Positions 20,830-33,900 of a stretch of 64,000 nt of DNA are shown in pieces (the stretch's first letter is position 1; every line of letters starts with the position of its first letter). The DNA lies in the NCBI GenBank assembly GCA_024704765.1, contig JAKMXF010000335.1:124001-188000 (forward strand). Direction: 5' to 3'. The translations under genes and the position numbers were made by a program. A model generated the notes under the pieces. That model saw only the letters and a program-made list of their open reading frames with translations. It made no database searches and was not told the origin of the DNA. The stretch is from Oopsacas minuta (lineage: Eukaryota > Animalia > Porifera).

Positions 20830-20999
20830 CAGTAGAACTCGGATAAGACGTACCCCCTCGAGAAACAGAAATTAGTACGTCTTAACCGAGTGTACGTCTT
20901 ATCCGAATATGTTTGCATTACAAATAGTGATGACTGATATTTTGGGATATAAGAAATAGTACGTCTTAACCGAGTGTACGTCTTATCCGAGTTCTACTG
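20830..20999. mobile_element. Tc1/mariner(pogo)-type MITE, family B, with perfect 24-bp TIRs
   Basis: TA|CAGTAGAACTCGGATAAGACGTAC ... GTACGTCTTATCCGAGTTCTACTG|TA; internal 34-bp direct repeat at 20873-20906 and 20957-20990. Fragments at about 51203-51281 and 63627-63652. Confidence 0.92.
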
Positions 21000-21438
21000 T
21001 ACAAGGTTTCTTACCAGCAATCTAGATTGCAACCTTGAATGCTGTAAGATTTTCACAGTTTTTCAGGGAGTAGAGTCTATTTTGTATTGGAAATATTTTG
21101 TATTGGAAATATTTCCTATAATAGCAAGTTCGCGATATAGCAAGGAAACTCGTGCAAAATACAACATGCTATTATAGTTGCTATAGGCGAAAATCACTGA
21201 ATGTGGCAACTCAAGTTTGCTCATTAGAAATTATTGCAAAATAATATCTATTGTTATTTTATTAGAATTTATATGCTAAAATTTCGGAACACATAACCCA
21301 CATAATTTCCAAATAATACCTACTTATAATGTACAATTATCTAACAAGCTTACCGGATAATAGCATTTGTACCCATTTTACAAGCCAGTTTTGTAAAAAC
21401 CTATATTCATTTCAACCTCAATTAGATTTGATATAACC

Positions 21439-23562
21439 ATGTCATTGATCATGAATAACTCAGAAAATTTCGTACATTCCCTGACTACTTCATGTGCAGA
21501 CTGCAGTTTCCCTCAGGTTAACTGGATTAGTATCAACAAAGGGGTCTACCTCTGTGACGACTGTTGCTCTATTCACCGTAGTCTAGGCAGACATTTATCA
21601 TATGTACGGTCTATTGAAAAACAACGTTGGCCTGATGGGCTATTACAAATGTGTATGTCTCTGTTGCAAAAGAATTCTAATAGTATTTGGGAACACGATT
21701 TATATCATTCAAAGCAGCCCACACAACAACAGAAATTCAATACCCTTACGAAACACCCACACTTCAATACTTTATCTTTACAAAATAAACCCCGAAAACC
21801 GCAACCACAAGATCCACAGACCCCAGTAAAGGAGGCCTACATCAAAAGCAAGTACCAGGATCTAGCTTATACTCAGAAACTGAACTCAGGTAAAGATTCT
21901 CCTACAGGCACTGTGGAAGATTTCAGTCAACAGCTACACGCATCTGCTCGTACAAATAATCTTGAAACATGCTTGAGATTGTTAGCTTTAGGAGCTCAGC
22001 CTTCCTACCTGCACCCGCATAGGGGATCATCTCCTCTCCATGTAGCAGGACAAGCTGGACAGGTGGAACTATGTGAACTGTTGTTCGTGTACGGAGCTGA
22101 TCCATGTTCACTTGATAAGCTAGGTCATACTCCCGAGGAATGCGCTCGTATTGCAGGACACCATAATCTAGCTGATAGACTATTAGAAATGCAGTATGAA
22201 TGTAGTGATAGGTTGAGTTATTATCTGAACGATATGTTACCAGATCATAAATCAGGAGAGCATTTTATCGTGCCGGAAATGTTCAGATGCTCTGAGGATG
22301 AACTTCTACTACGGAGTCCTAGACAGAAATTACGTACTTTGAATAATTCAGCTTATGAGGATCTTTGCCAGGATGTTTTTGATGAAATTGATCGTCGTGA
22401 AACTGAAAATGCATGGTTGTTACGTAGCAGAGGTGGTGGAATTCCATTCTTACCGAATAATCACGAATTGAACCATCTCCGTAATCAAAGTCGTCAAAAA
22501 CTTGGGTTGCTAAGCGAGGAGGAATTCCGGCGTTTTGTATCCGACATTCTTTTGGACGCAAAGCGTCGTCAAGATCTAAGTATTGATCTCGGTCCTAATT
22601 CCCAATCTGGCGGTACGTTAGTGCCTCTATCAGATAGTTATAATCCATTAATTCCACAACCAAATAATGAATATGATATTGTACCAGAGGAATTTAGACA
22701 AATGACGATGAAAGGTAGTGACATTACAAATGATGAAAGGGAGAATTCTCTGGACACCATGGAAACCACGCTTCTACCAAATTGTGTGACTCCATCTGAT
22801 CCTGACTACTCTGTGCTTAATAATGAGCAGTTACAAAGATTGGAGAGTTGTTATCAACAGTGTCAATCGCAGGTATCAGCTGTTGAACTTAATGTAAGTG
22901 AACTACAAGATTCTGTGAAGCGAATTGAAGCTAAACTCGATCAGTTGATTACTCAATCTCTCTCGTCACCTACATTAGCTTCCCCGCCAGTGCCCGCACA
23001 TGCAAATAGAAATAAAAAGAATGATTCTACAGTGATTAGCATAACAAGCAGACTAAATCAACATTCAAATCCTAATCAAAGACATACACTAATGGATTCA
23101 TCTACTACGTCAAGACAAGAAATACCTCCTAAACCGAAAAGAAACACGGCTTGTATAGGTACAAACGATAAACTAATTGAGGGTCAATTTGAACCAGATG
23201 AAGGAGTTCTAATGAATCTTATCTCTAAGCTTGTAGAACAGATATCAATGCTGATGGAGAGTATACGTTCTAACCAATATGACCAGATTGTAATACGAGT
23301 TAACGCTATTATAGGTTTATCACAGGATATGATACAGGTATTTCCGGAAAATTATGAATCTACAAATGTATCACAGTTGGTAGGAAAGCTCCGTAGCTCT
23401 ACAATGCTTCTATCGTCCATTTCGTTAGTAGGAACTGTTGAAGAACCTCTTGATACCAATAAATTGATTTCCCTAGTTATTGACGTGTCAAATTCCGCGA
23501 AACGAATGGTTGCTGTTCTGGCTGATAAATCTAATATAGGTCGTGTTGTGTCCTCTGTTTAG
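21439..23562 (+). CDS. GIT: ARF GTPase-activating protein GIT1/2 homolog, intronless
   Basis: ArfGAP zinc finger CADC...CDDCCSIHRSLGRH; ankyrin repeats (PLHVAGQAGQ...LFVYGADP); two Spa2-homology repeats (DVFDEIDRRE; RNQSRQKL..L...EF); a coiled coil; and a C-terminal helical region like the paxillin-binding domain. Confidence 0.93.
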   Translation: MSLIMNNSENFVHSLTTSCADCSFPQVNWISINKGVYLCDDCCSIHRSLGRHLSYVRSIEKQRWPDGLLQMCMSLLQKNSNSIWEHDLYHSKQPTQQQKFNTLTKHPHFNTLSLQNKPRKPQPQDPQTPVKEAYIKSKYQDLAYTQKLNSGKDSPTGTVEDFSQQLHASARTNNLETCLRLLALGAQPSYLHPHRGSSPLHVAGQAGQVELCELLFVYGADPCSLDKLGHTPEECARIAGHHNLADRLLEMQYECSDRLSYYLNDMLPDHKSGEHFIVPEMFRCSEDELLLRSPRQKLRTLNNSAYEDLCQDVFDEIDRRETENAWLLRSRGGGIPFLPNNHELNHLRNQSRQKLGLLSEEEFRRFVSDILLDAKRRQDLSIDLGPNSQSGGTLVPLSDSYNPLIPQPNNEYDIVPEEFRQMTMKGSDITNDERENSLDTMETTLLPNCVTPSDPDYSVLNNEQLQRLESCYQQCQSQVSAVELNVSELQDSVKRIEAKLDQLITQSLSSPTLASPPVPAHANRNKKNDSTVISITSRLNQHSNPNQRHTLMDSSTTSRQEIPPKPKRNTACIGTNDKLIEGQFEPDEGVLMNLISKLVEQISMLMESIRSNQYDQIVIRVNAIIGLSQDMIQVFPENYESTNVSQLVGKLRSSTMLLSSISLVGTVEEPLDTNKLISLVIDVSNSAKRMVAVLADKSNIGRVVSSV

Positions 23563-26500
23563 ATGTTGTATATGAATGTGTCTTGTAAATATATAAATAT
23601 TGTAATTGCTCGTTTATATTTGTGGATTATACTATTGATATTATAATATATTTGGACAGTGTGTTTATGTGTATCAATGAATTATTACTGAATAAACTGA
23701 GCTGTGTTAACTTCTATTGGGAACAGTTTTAAGACTATAATTAGGGTATACTCCAGTTAATAGGGTAAATTCTGGACCAGACCAGAGGCGTATGCAAGGG
23801 TGGGGGAAAGCATGCACCATAATTTACTAGGATCACTAAATTTCTAATATGATATTATAAAAATCTGAAAATATATTACATATACTGTGGAAACCGCCTA
23901 TTAGCAACTTTGTACATGACGTAGAGTGTAGTTTTGTATGCTAATTAGTGTGTATAATAGCAAAATTCGTATATTAGTAAGGAAAATTCTTACGAATACG
24001 AATTGCTATTTTGCGTAAATTACAAAATACCAAATGAGATTATGCCTGAGTCTGTATCACAGGTGCAGTGATGACTAGCTACACCATTTGACCAGATTAA
24101 ACGCGGGGATTATGATATTGGCTCGATTAACCAGGGTATTTATCACAATTAGCATAGCTCTGTTTCTGGCCAAGTGACCGATTAACCGATGGCCCAAGCA
24201 TAACATAGTCTATATGTGTTATATACACGTTTAGCGTTCTCATTAGCGTATCAACCTGTGAAATACTACCTTATGTCCAGGTTATCGATAAAAGAGATTA
24301 GCTCAAGATGGCTGATATATATTTCTTTAATCTTGCCTGAATAAAAGATCTCATAAATGATCACGTATCCTATTTCATTAATTAAGTAATTTTATGTAGT
24401 GTTTGCTGATAGATATATTCTGTGGCGATAGGAGAATTTTAATTAGATTATTTTAACATATTTCAGTGATCATCCTAATATCCACAATAATTCATAAATA
24501 TTCAGAGCCGATAATAATAAGCTTTGTCTGTAACACATGATTTGAAGGAACTCACATGGAATATCTCAGCTGTTTGCTGTATATAAGCCATAGGCAGGGG
24601 AGGGCTTATGCTCCCCCAATATACAATTTTGTGGCCAATAAGAAATTAACACCCAACTTTCTATGAGTTGTATACGGCCCTGTGCACGTATTTAAACACA
24701 GTTCAAGCAATTAAAGTGAATGCATACGGCCACTTCTCGGTATTACGGTCATCTGCACATATAATTAACCATGCTTCTGATCACTTCGGTCAGCGCACAC
24801 CGTTTTGGACCCTTATTGGTGCTAAACTTCTATAAGGACAGCTACATCTATACAATGGCCACTTTTGGTCTATCCCCTAGGTGGCCAGGTGATTGTATAC
24901 AGAATGGTGGTTACCAAAAACAATTTTGACCGGTTCCATTAATGTAAGTTTGACTGAGGCTATGAAATCCATAGTTAATATTATCCCTTGTAACTTGTAA
25001 CTTGATTGTATAGTGACTTAGCCGTTATTTCAGTGAGATATGCCGATCTTATCGATAGGTAGCATGTTCAGGGTATCTAGTCTAACTGATAACTATTACC
25101 TTATACAAGAATTTCTTAGTTTCCAACTAATGTATAGCATAATGTTAGGAATAGATAGCAGTGTGTATTATCTATTCCCTGTAACTGATAGTATGATTGA
25201 TGTAATAATGCGATTTTCATTGTCAGTTTTGAGAACGTTTGAAATCTTAGATTTCCAATCGCTATTTATCGATGTGTATTTGTGAAATGATGGTCGTATC
25301 ATTCTATTTGGGGCTTTATTGGAGAATGCATATCAATAATCGTGAGAATATCGTCACTTATATGATAATTCCTATATTATTTTCTTTCTAAAATCTGTAT
25401 TCAAAATCTAGTTAGCACATTTAACAGATAAGTATCTTTGGATGACAACTAGTTGTTTTAATCAGGAAAAATTTATTATTTCGATAATTTTGTTGTAACC
25501 TTTGTCATTTCTAGCATGACTTCATTCATGCGTGCTCCATGCGCCCACTCAAACAATCATTTCGCGAAAAGGCTCAAGAAATTCTAAGATATGTAAAAAG
25601 CCTCAAATTGTGTCCTTATGTACTGAAAATACGCGGAAAACTTAGTCTTGATTATACCCTGATTTCTACTAATCATACTATTGTGATTATACACTTCATA
25701 TCAACAATATAGGTGTTAGAATATTGTGTATATCAAGGTGGTAAGAATGTGGATATACAATTAATAAACTGATCAAAAATATACCAAGTAACATTACTTT
25801 CATGATTCATTGCCCTAATTTGGATATATCATATTTATAATTGTGATTAATATAGTACATTGAGATTGTGTGTGTACCTTAAATCCACTTTAGTATTCTG
25901 AATAATACTTTGAAACCTCTAATCACAAGAATTACCTGATGTTTATCATAGTGTTAATCTACTGTATACATTATCTTTTCTCAAAAATACACTCACTATA
26001 TATGGTAGTAGTATTTGAGAAATTCTCAGAAAATATCTTATTGGAATAGATCAGGCGAGTGTTCGAATCGATAAAGTTTTAATCAAATTATTTCAAAAAG
26101 ACTTTAAATCGATCGATAATTACAATTTAATTCAAAATGCCCTTATTAGTTAAACCTGAACACATTCTAGATATTAATTTGATTATTGAGATGATGAACC
26201 AAATTTTCACTGTCACTCTTCATCAATAGTTTCATTTGAATAGGAAATTGTGTTATATTCTATGTAAATATGATTGGTGTTTATATTGATTGCATTACGG
26301 ATTCAGTGCAACTTATCAGCCGTACATTTGTAAAGAAATAACTATGGCATTAAACGTCATTTTGCATATACAATTGTATCAATAGATTGAATGAGATGTA
26401 GTGAATAGTGATTCTAAGGTTAATTAAGTGATAGCAAGTGATTAGAGATATAGACAGGTTCAATTGGGTGAATAGAGTGAGATTTATTGTTGTATTCTAA

Positions 26501-28572
26501 ATTTGTCTGGTCCATGCACTCTTTAGAATGTTTTCACGAACAATTGTCTAAATTGCTGAGTGTTATTCAGCTAGGAAGCTTTAATATATAGTGCGAAAAG
26601 TATAAAATATATTCAATTGGGTTCCTATAGTAACAATAGAGATTTGTTTCGTAAGGTAAATTGTGTGAATTCCTTATCACGATTTGGTAGTTGGGAAACT
26701 CTATTTACTTAAAGTTCTTGTAGTAATGATTAAATTTCTAGCATAATTAGGTGCTAAAGAGTTGAGTAACTTGATAGATTCAGATATGATAATTATTGAC
26801 ACGTGTGAAACTGTTGTCGACAGAGATTGTATAGTAGTCACATATTCATTTAACCTATTAGAGATTATTATTTGAGTTCTTCTACTGCCCCCCTGAAGTT
26901 ATTCGTGTACTTTACAGTGTTCCTCACTCAATTATCCGACTGGGTCAACCAATTACATCCGAATGGTTTTCATGATTTAGCTAATACATGAGGTGTTTGA
27001 AGGTACCTTCGACGCACAAATAGTGCGCGGACTAGCGAAGCGTGCTTGTTATACTGCATATGATTTTCATGAATTTCTCACAGAAAATGGCCAAATTTTA
27101 ATGTTACTTTGTTCTTCATCTTATCAAGAGCAACTTTATATTTAATTCCAAATTTTCGTTTAAAGATGAAGGATTAGAGCCGTGTTTCCCAATCTTGTTG
27201 GCCAGTATTCGAGCATCTAACAACTTAGTAAGGCAATGCGAATACGAATTAAATATATTGTTAAAGTAGGAGATAAATGATTAAAATTGTTGTCTTAAGA
27301 TATTTATTTAAATATCACAACATCCATAAAGGGACACGAATGCTCCATTTAAGACAATAGCATTTTCGAAAACATAATAAGACTTCAACAATCTCTAACC
27401 AAAATTGTTTCAGTGTCCGAAAGCCTGAAAGCTTCCGATTACAATAATCGTATACCCTAGTTTCAGTCAAACTATGCCTTGTAATATTGTAATTGATGTT
27501 AATCCAGAACGTCAACGTATGTATGTTCATATTTATTCAACTAAAAACTCTAAATAAGGCAACTTGGATCACTTTGGTTTCAAGCGCCAACCTTAAGGCA
27601 AATACACAAAATTTGAATATGTTTTATTAATTGCACACTGTACATTCAATTATTTCTCACAAGTACAGCGAGTTTCGAAAGTGTAGTGAAGTTCAGCTAT
27701 TATGGTGCATACGGCCCTGAATTAGCAAAATACACTGAAATGTATACATAATGCTTCGTAAACAAATCTTATTCTGTAATTTTATTGACTTATTTTGCTA
27801 TCAGTATGAGCCGAGGTATTCTATTGATATTAATTCAATATTTAAATGTAAAAGCTAATTCGACATGCAATGATTGCAATCCTGGGTAAGCCCTCTAGTC
27901 TGATAGCATGATAGGTCAGGTCTCGGAGTTTGAGTGATCAACGAGACCTGTGGAAACGTGGAACATGTGGAAATAGGTTGAAAATTCAGAGCGAATTTCT
28001 AGTCCCATATAAATTAACCTACGGGGGGGGGTAGCATTTTTCGGCGTCCCTGACAGGCAGTTTGTGGAGGTTGCACTGTGCTTACAACTCCGACCAATCT
28101 TCAATCAATTCAGGAAAAAAATCCACATACATAAATACCAAGAGTTTTAATATATTGAAATATACCAGTGATGTATGTTGTTTCGAACGCTATTTTTAAT
28201 ATCTATATCCTGGCATTTAATTAGTGGCTACATACACATTCCTATATACTAATCTATTCCAATATATTACCTTGAAATATTTTAGGGGTTAATATATTCA
28301 CATCCATATGTGAATGTATATCACCATCCTATCCAGATTGTGTTATAGATTGGAATTTGCATTTTTATCAAGATTAAAATGTGCTTGGTTAAGAATTTGA
28401 ATTCATTTACATGGATAATGTCATAATCAAATCCGTGATAATATTACATTTAGTGAAGGTAAAGTGCTGCAATTTATCGAGGATTATCGTGAATAAGCGA
28501 TTTTCCCATTTGATTCTTGTTTTATGAGAGTTCGAGGGTTTTTAGTATTATGTTTACTTAAATAAAGAGAGA

Positions 28573-28735
28573 GAGTCAACCCCATTATACCGAAATAGCC
28601 GCTTATATCTAATTCATAAATTGTACAAATATGGCCACAAACCCTCAAAGTAACAGAAATTGAACGGTTATGTCAAACTCACTTATATTGAAGTAATTAT
28701 CGCGGTCCCTTGAGCTTCGAAATAACGGTTATTGG
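28573..28735. mobile_element. MITE family A, degenerate copy (inverted relative to the 20036 copy)
   Basis: Contains CGCGGTCCCTTGAGCTTCGAAATAACGG and TTGTACAAATATGG, both matching the reverse complement of the 20036 element. Confidence 0.7.
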
Positions 28736-29444
28736 GTATATCTGTATATAAATTGGTTCTTCTTAGACTCTAAAAAAATTTTAAATTGGCCATGATTTCA
28801 TGAACCTGCAATTCCCTTCAGCTGTATGTCAGGAACTTGTACTTTGGTGTGAATCATATTATTTTGTAGCAACAACATTTAACGATACGTATCTATGATT
28901 TACCCATACAACCACACTACAAAGCATTTTGTCTATTTGTTTTACTCTTTTCTAGTAAGAATATTGCTAATATTGATTAGGGTTATTCATTTCCACCATC
29001 AAGTCTGTGTATTCAACCAATTCTTAATTCACCTGCAAAATATTTTGATTTTCATTGTTTAATTTCAAACCAATAAACCAAAACTCAACCTTACGTACAT
29101 CACATTTTCAACCTTATGTAATTCTATATCATATTCTCAAAATTGAACTTGAAGACTAATAGATTGATAATTAAGCTCAAATCAGCTCTATCCCAAGTAT
29201 GTGATAATTTATAATGCTAGAATTTGCTACACAAACATATTTCGATTTTTCATGAATATTGGATGACAAGTGTACAGTGGAATTCGCCTCTTAGCAAATG
29301 GTATTTTGAATTTTTCCTTGGTAATCCGCGATTTTGCTATCATGCTTACTATTTACCATACAAAGACGCACTCTATGTTCATGAAACGTTGCTAATACGA
29401 GTAGGCGAACACCACTGATATACCTACATAGTTATTATATATTA

Positions 29445-29582
29445 CAGTGGATGCCGCGGCGGTTATAAGAACCAAGGGAGTAGCAATACATGTTCTTATA
29501 ACCTGCATAAATATGCAGGAATATATGAGAACCCTTTTTCAAAAGATGGAACTTCTTGTGTTCTTATAACATGCATCCACTG
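29445..29582. mobile_element. TA-flanked MITE, family D
   Basis: TA|CAGTGGATGC ... GCATCCACTG|TA (10/10), plus subterminal inverted GTTATAAGAAC / GTTCTTATAAC. Confidence 0.82.
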
Positions 29583-29936
29583 TATAATAATAGTATTGGG
29601 CAATTAATAGCTTGCTATACAAGAAGAAAGATTGCGCCTGTACGAATACTAATGTAAGACAAGAAAATTCCCGGAAAATCTTTCAAATTCCAGGTGATAC
29701 CAAAATTTATGGGAATTTTTATTACCAATTCTCTTCTTACACATTTGTGCATATACTTAATTGATGTGTAAATTAAATCCAATTAGTAGTTGCACCTCAG
29801 TATTAGAAGTATCGCTATGTCAAGAAAATACACTGCCAGTAACATTTCCAAATATTCAACCAAGTGAGACAATGTGACTCCTAAATATATTTTTTAAAGG
29901 AAGCTATATTTCATTTTTTACAGTACTGATATAGCG

Positions 29937-29960
29937 TGTTGTTGTTGTTGTTGTTGTTGT
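29937..29960. repeat. (TGT)8 microsatellite
   Basis: Directly visible perfect trinucleotide repeat. Confidence 0.95.
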
Positions 29961-30766
29961 AAATTTACAAATGATAATTTTGAAAAGAATTCAAACTTCT
30001 AAGAATTTTTTACCAAGAATTTCCTATTAAATCATTTGTACTGATTCTATCAGATGTGAAGGTTCCTTATTAATTTGCATGGCTTTCATTCAAATTGGTA
30101 GTCAAGGAGAATAGTAAGGTTGAAGTGTGTAAATCCTATTAGGTCAGTGTATTCAGGGACTTCTAAAATGAATTTCCAATAAAGGAATTGAAATGTATTT
30201 TTATGAGACAGAAATTTCATAGTTCAAATAATGTGTATTATTATCAGACACTTATAATTATTTTATGGTTGTTGATTTGTATGGTCAATTATCCCAATTG
30301 TGGGTACAAAAAGGCCTTACCAAAGACTTCAATTTGAAAAGGGCTTGAATCCTTTCAGGATTCAGCATGGGGATGTCTAACACATGCAAATGACAACTTA
30401 TAATGTAGACCCATAACTCTTTTAGGCACTGTTTTTCCCATCGAAATAATCATTTGAAGAAAATTATTTTAGCACTAAACTTGTATTATTCATTATGGTT
30501 TATATTTCTATCATTAATCCCTGATGACTTGTCTGTCAATATATTTTAACTACACAAAAATTTGGCTATTAAACATTCCAGTAGTGAAACTTTAAAATTA
30601 TTAGCAGACAGATTGAAACCATAAATTATTAATGTAAATGCAAATCTCAGGTGCAATTATCTTTGTAAGTAATTTGAGATAGGATTGGTTATAAGGAATG
30701 TATTATCTACCAAAAATGATGGAAGCTTCAAGTCTATCAATATTCATGTAATTGAAAATACTTTAA

Positions 30767-30944
30767 TAGTTATTTCCCGTTTTATGGCTACAGATAAATC
30801 GATATAGCCGCTTATATCAAGGCTTAAATTGTACAAATACGGTCCCGAAACGTTAAAGTAACATAATTTTCATTGGTTATGTCAACTCCGCTTTAATCAA
30901 AGTAATCATCACGGTCTCTTGGGCTTCAATATAGGAGTTGACTG
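30767..30944. mobile_element. MITE family A copy
   Basis: Right end GGAGTTGACTG|TA. Internal ATAGCCGCTTATATC...AAATTGTACAAATA is shared with the 28573 copy. Confidence 0.75.
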
Positions 30945-33900
30945 TAGTTGCTAGGTTAAAATTGTCAGAGTATCTCCGATTGAAATAAGAGACAATATAT
31001 ACTTCTTACGTTACTTTCTCGAGTCTAGGAAATAATCTGTCAATGTTTTGCGCCTCAACCCCCTAACTAGTTAGAGTATTTTCCATATAACCATATTTGG
31101 CCATGCAAGAAATATCCCAACGTTGGTTAAATGTTTTGACTTTATTGTGAACTCTATCCTTACACAATAAATAATTGCATGCCTTCTCAAAAATTCCACA
31201 ATTTGGTGGTTTAATTGATAACTACCTAAAATGAATTAACCTGAAGTACCACACTTAAAGCATGACACAATCTATATGTAGACATAATAGTAAATTTCAT
31301 TAAAATGGTAAATTATGTGGCCTTAAATGTCAATTTGGGTATGCTTATATTATGCAATAGTTTTAGAAAACAATGGAAATAATTGTCAAGTATTAACGTT
31401 TATAAGAGAAATTTGTAAAACGTGGAATAATTGGATTTACGGATCAGACATTTTGATCAGAAATCTAGAGAAACATCATAAACATTTGAATTGGGAGGGA
31501 GCTAGTATTATTTAAGATATGGGGTGCTGTGTTCTATTTACGATTCCCAAGGGGATCGTAAGAGTATTTCTCGTGTATAGAGGAGAAATATTCCTGGAAG
31601 AGCATAGCAATTTGCAGTGTAATTTTGCCAGAAAGTTCTAATTGTTACTGAGATGCTTAGGAAGATTTATATGTAAGGTGTTGGGTAATTTTTGAGGTAA
31701 ATTTATGCTGACTAGATTTTAGAATGTTGAACTATTCCATATAATGAAAATATAGCGCATTCAGTATTAAATATTGAAGCAAATGTCAGAACTGAAGATA
31801 TTATTCTCAAAGAAATCAGCAAAACCAAACTCCCGAAACTGCTAACAAGTTCTGGTTAGAATTTTTGGCGTTGAGGCTTTCTCAATTTTGAACTTTTTGT
31901 GTTGCATTATTAATGTTAATGTTTTGGTTGTGAGGAAAATGTCCGTAGGAAAAAATAAATAGAATAGGTGAGACTTTGGTTCATGAATAATACCAATATC
32001 CTAAACAATATCTGCTCATTGTCTTTTCTGTTGACAAATACTTGATATATTTATGGCAGTACCCACCAATAAGTTCATGTAATGGTAGTAAACAAGATTA
32101 TAGAATGGAATTATTCTCTCCAATATTTTTCAAATATTTTCCAAACTTCAGTCAATAAACTACCTTTATTCTGACCTCTAGCATACTCAACATAAATTTG
32201 CATGCTATAACACTCAATTTTTTGTCCATAATCATTATTAGGCAGCTATCTAACCGCGGCATTTTAATTTGAAAATCCACACCTTTAAGATTGACATAAC
32301 TTTATTCAAACGCAAGATATCCACAACCACTGTTAATCATCTGTTCATATCTCTGTCTACATTATAAGAAGGTGGGTAAGCATCCCTTGTGGATTTACAT
32401 ATTATTGAATCATCCTATGAATTGTGACGATTATAAGGAAGGAGGGAACCTTCATCAGACTAAGGCATACCTTTTTCAAAAGTATCCTGTTCGCTATTAC
32501 ACTATCAGTAATGGAGAATTCATTTTATTTAACTATTGTCCAACTTAGAAAGCTTACAAATAGTTTCTATTAAATTTATGCAACTCCCCCAGAAATATAA
32601 TTATCATTTGAATTGTCTGACGATCTTTTGGGTATCCACTACGTAACGAACTGTTAGAACTTCTAATTGTAAAACTGTTGTCTATGATTGAGTCAAGATT
32701 GTCGTTTGATTCCGCTGTGTGACTTGCGCACAATTTCCACCTTTCTCAAAGAGTTTTAGACATATACGTAGCATATTCATTATAATTTATGCTAGATGTT
32801 CACGTTCAGTACACACCAGTTTTCATTCAATTTTGCACATAAAAATCCTTAAGTTTTAAGATTTGACATCCATTATTTTTGAAAAATTATCAATGTAAAG
32901 TTTTATTCCACGCGAATATTCTTGGTTAAATATTGATTAAATTCATAGTAGAATTATCAGTATTTGTTAATGAAATCTGCGATGAATGCACAATTTATTA
33001 AAATGTGTGAATAGTTGAGACCATTCTATGCATAGTTAATGGCTAACTTTTCCCAACGGAATTAGTATCTGATGAATATATATGTAATTATGGCTAAATT
33101 CGCTGAGAAATCAAAAATACTTCTTTTAATCTTATTCATAACAGTCTTTCATCTCGGTTAACAGCAGAAGTGAATACATCTAGCCAAGATATGAACAGAC
33201 ATCTTAATTAAGGAATTGAAACAAGTTAAAGTAGTTATGAAGTTATTACATTGATGTTGGAAGCAAATCATAAAGCTGTTTCTTTGACAGCACAATTATA
33301 GACCTTTAAAAGTTACAACAGAGCTATTAATTATAGCATACATTTTAATACAGTGTTTCCCTAATACGTATATTGGGTACCAAAGAGGTTAAGATAGTAG
33401 TTGCAGGTTGAGTATAATGAATTATTGTGGTGCAGGGATTGTATTTAAATATGCACTGTAATCGCTATGACGCTATGTACAGGGGATCGCAATGTATAGT
33501 AGCCGTTATTGTGGGTTCCACTGTAGATAAAATGTTGTGCATTAAAGACCCAGCCTATAGCGATAAACACTAGTGGAGCAGACGGTTAAGCTGACTAGGT
33601 CAACACTTTTTGCATTTCAATAATTATATTTGCTAGTATCTTCAATTAAATATCAATAAAAGGAATACATTAACCTAATCTCTCTCAAAATATGCAGTAA
33701 CCATGATCTCCTTGGACAAGGTATGTGTATATATTTTCACGTCAGAAGGTTCAGACATTAGCTCTCTTCATCCATGATATAGTCCGCTTGCCCAGATCTT
33801 CTTAGATTAGCCATGATTACGTTACATCTGCCCAGGAAGTTTGGCCGTTAGCTATAATATTAACATGGCCCCTATTTGGCCAACTGTATTAGTTGAATAG

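Noticed and set aside
20873-20990. 34-bp direct repeat as a CRISPR-like array
   Set aside because: Only two copies, inside a MITE with TIRs, in a eukaryotic context with no cas genes.
21078-21114. 16-bp tandem duplication TATTTTGTATTGGAAA (and an 11-bp one at 60081-60102)
   Set aside because: Ordinary slippage duplications with no further structure.
1838-22561. Short ORFs overlapping or antisense to DGLUCY, the NRPS-PKS and GIT (also those at 38109-38964 and 62400-62654)
   Set aside because: Shadow frames of real genes with no recognisable motifs.
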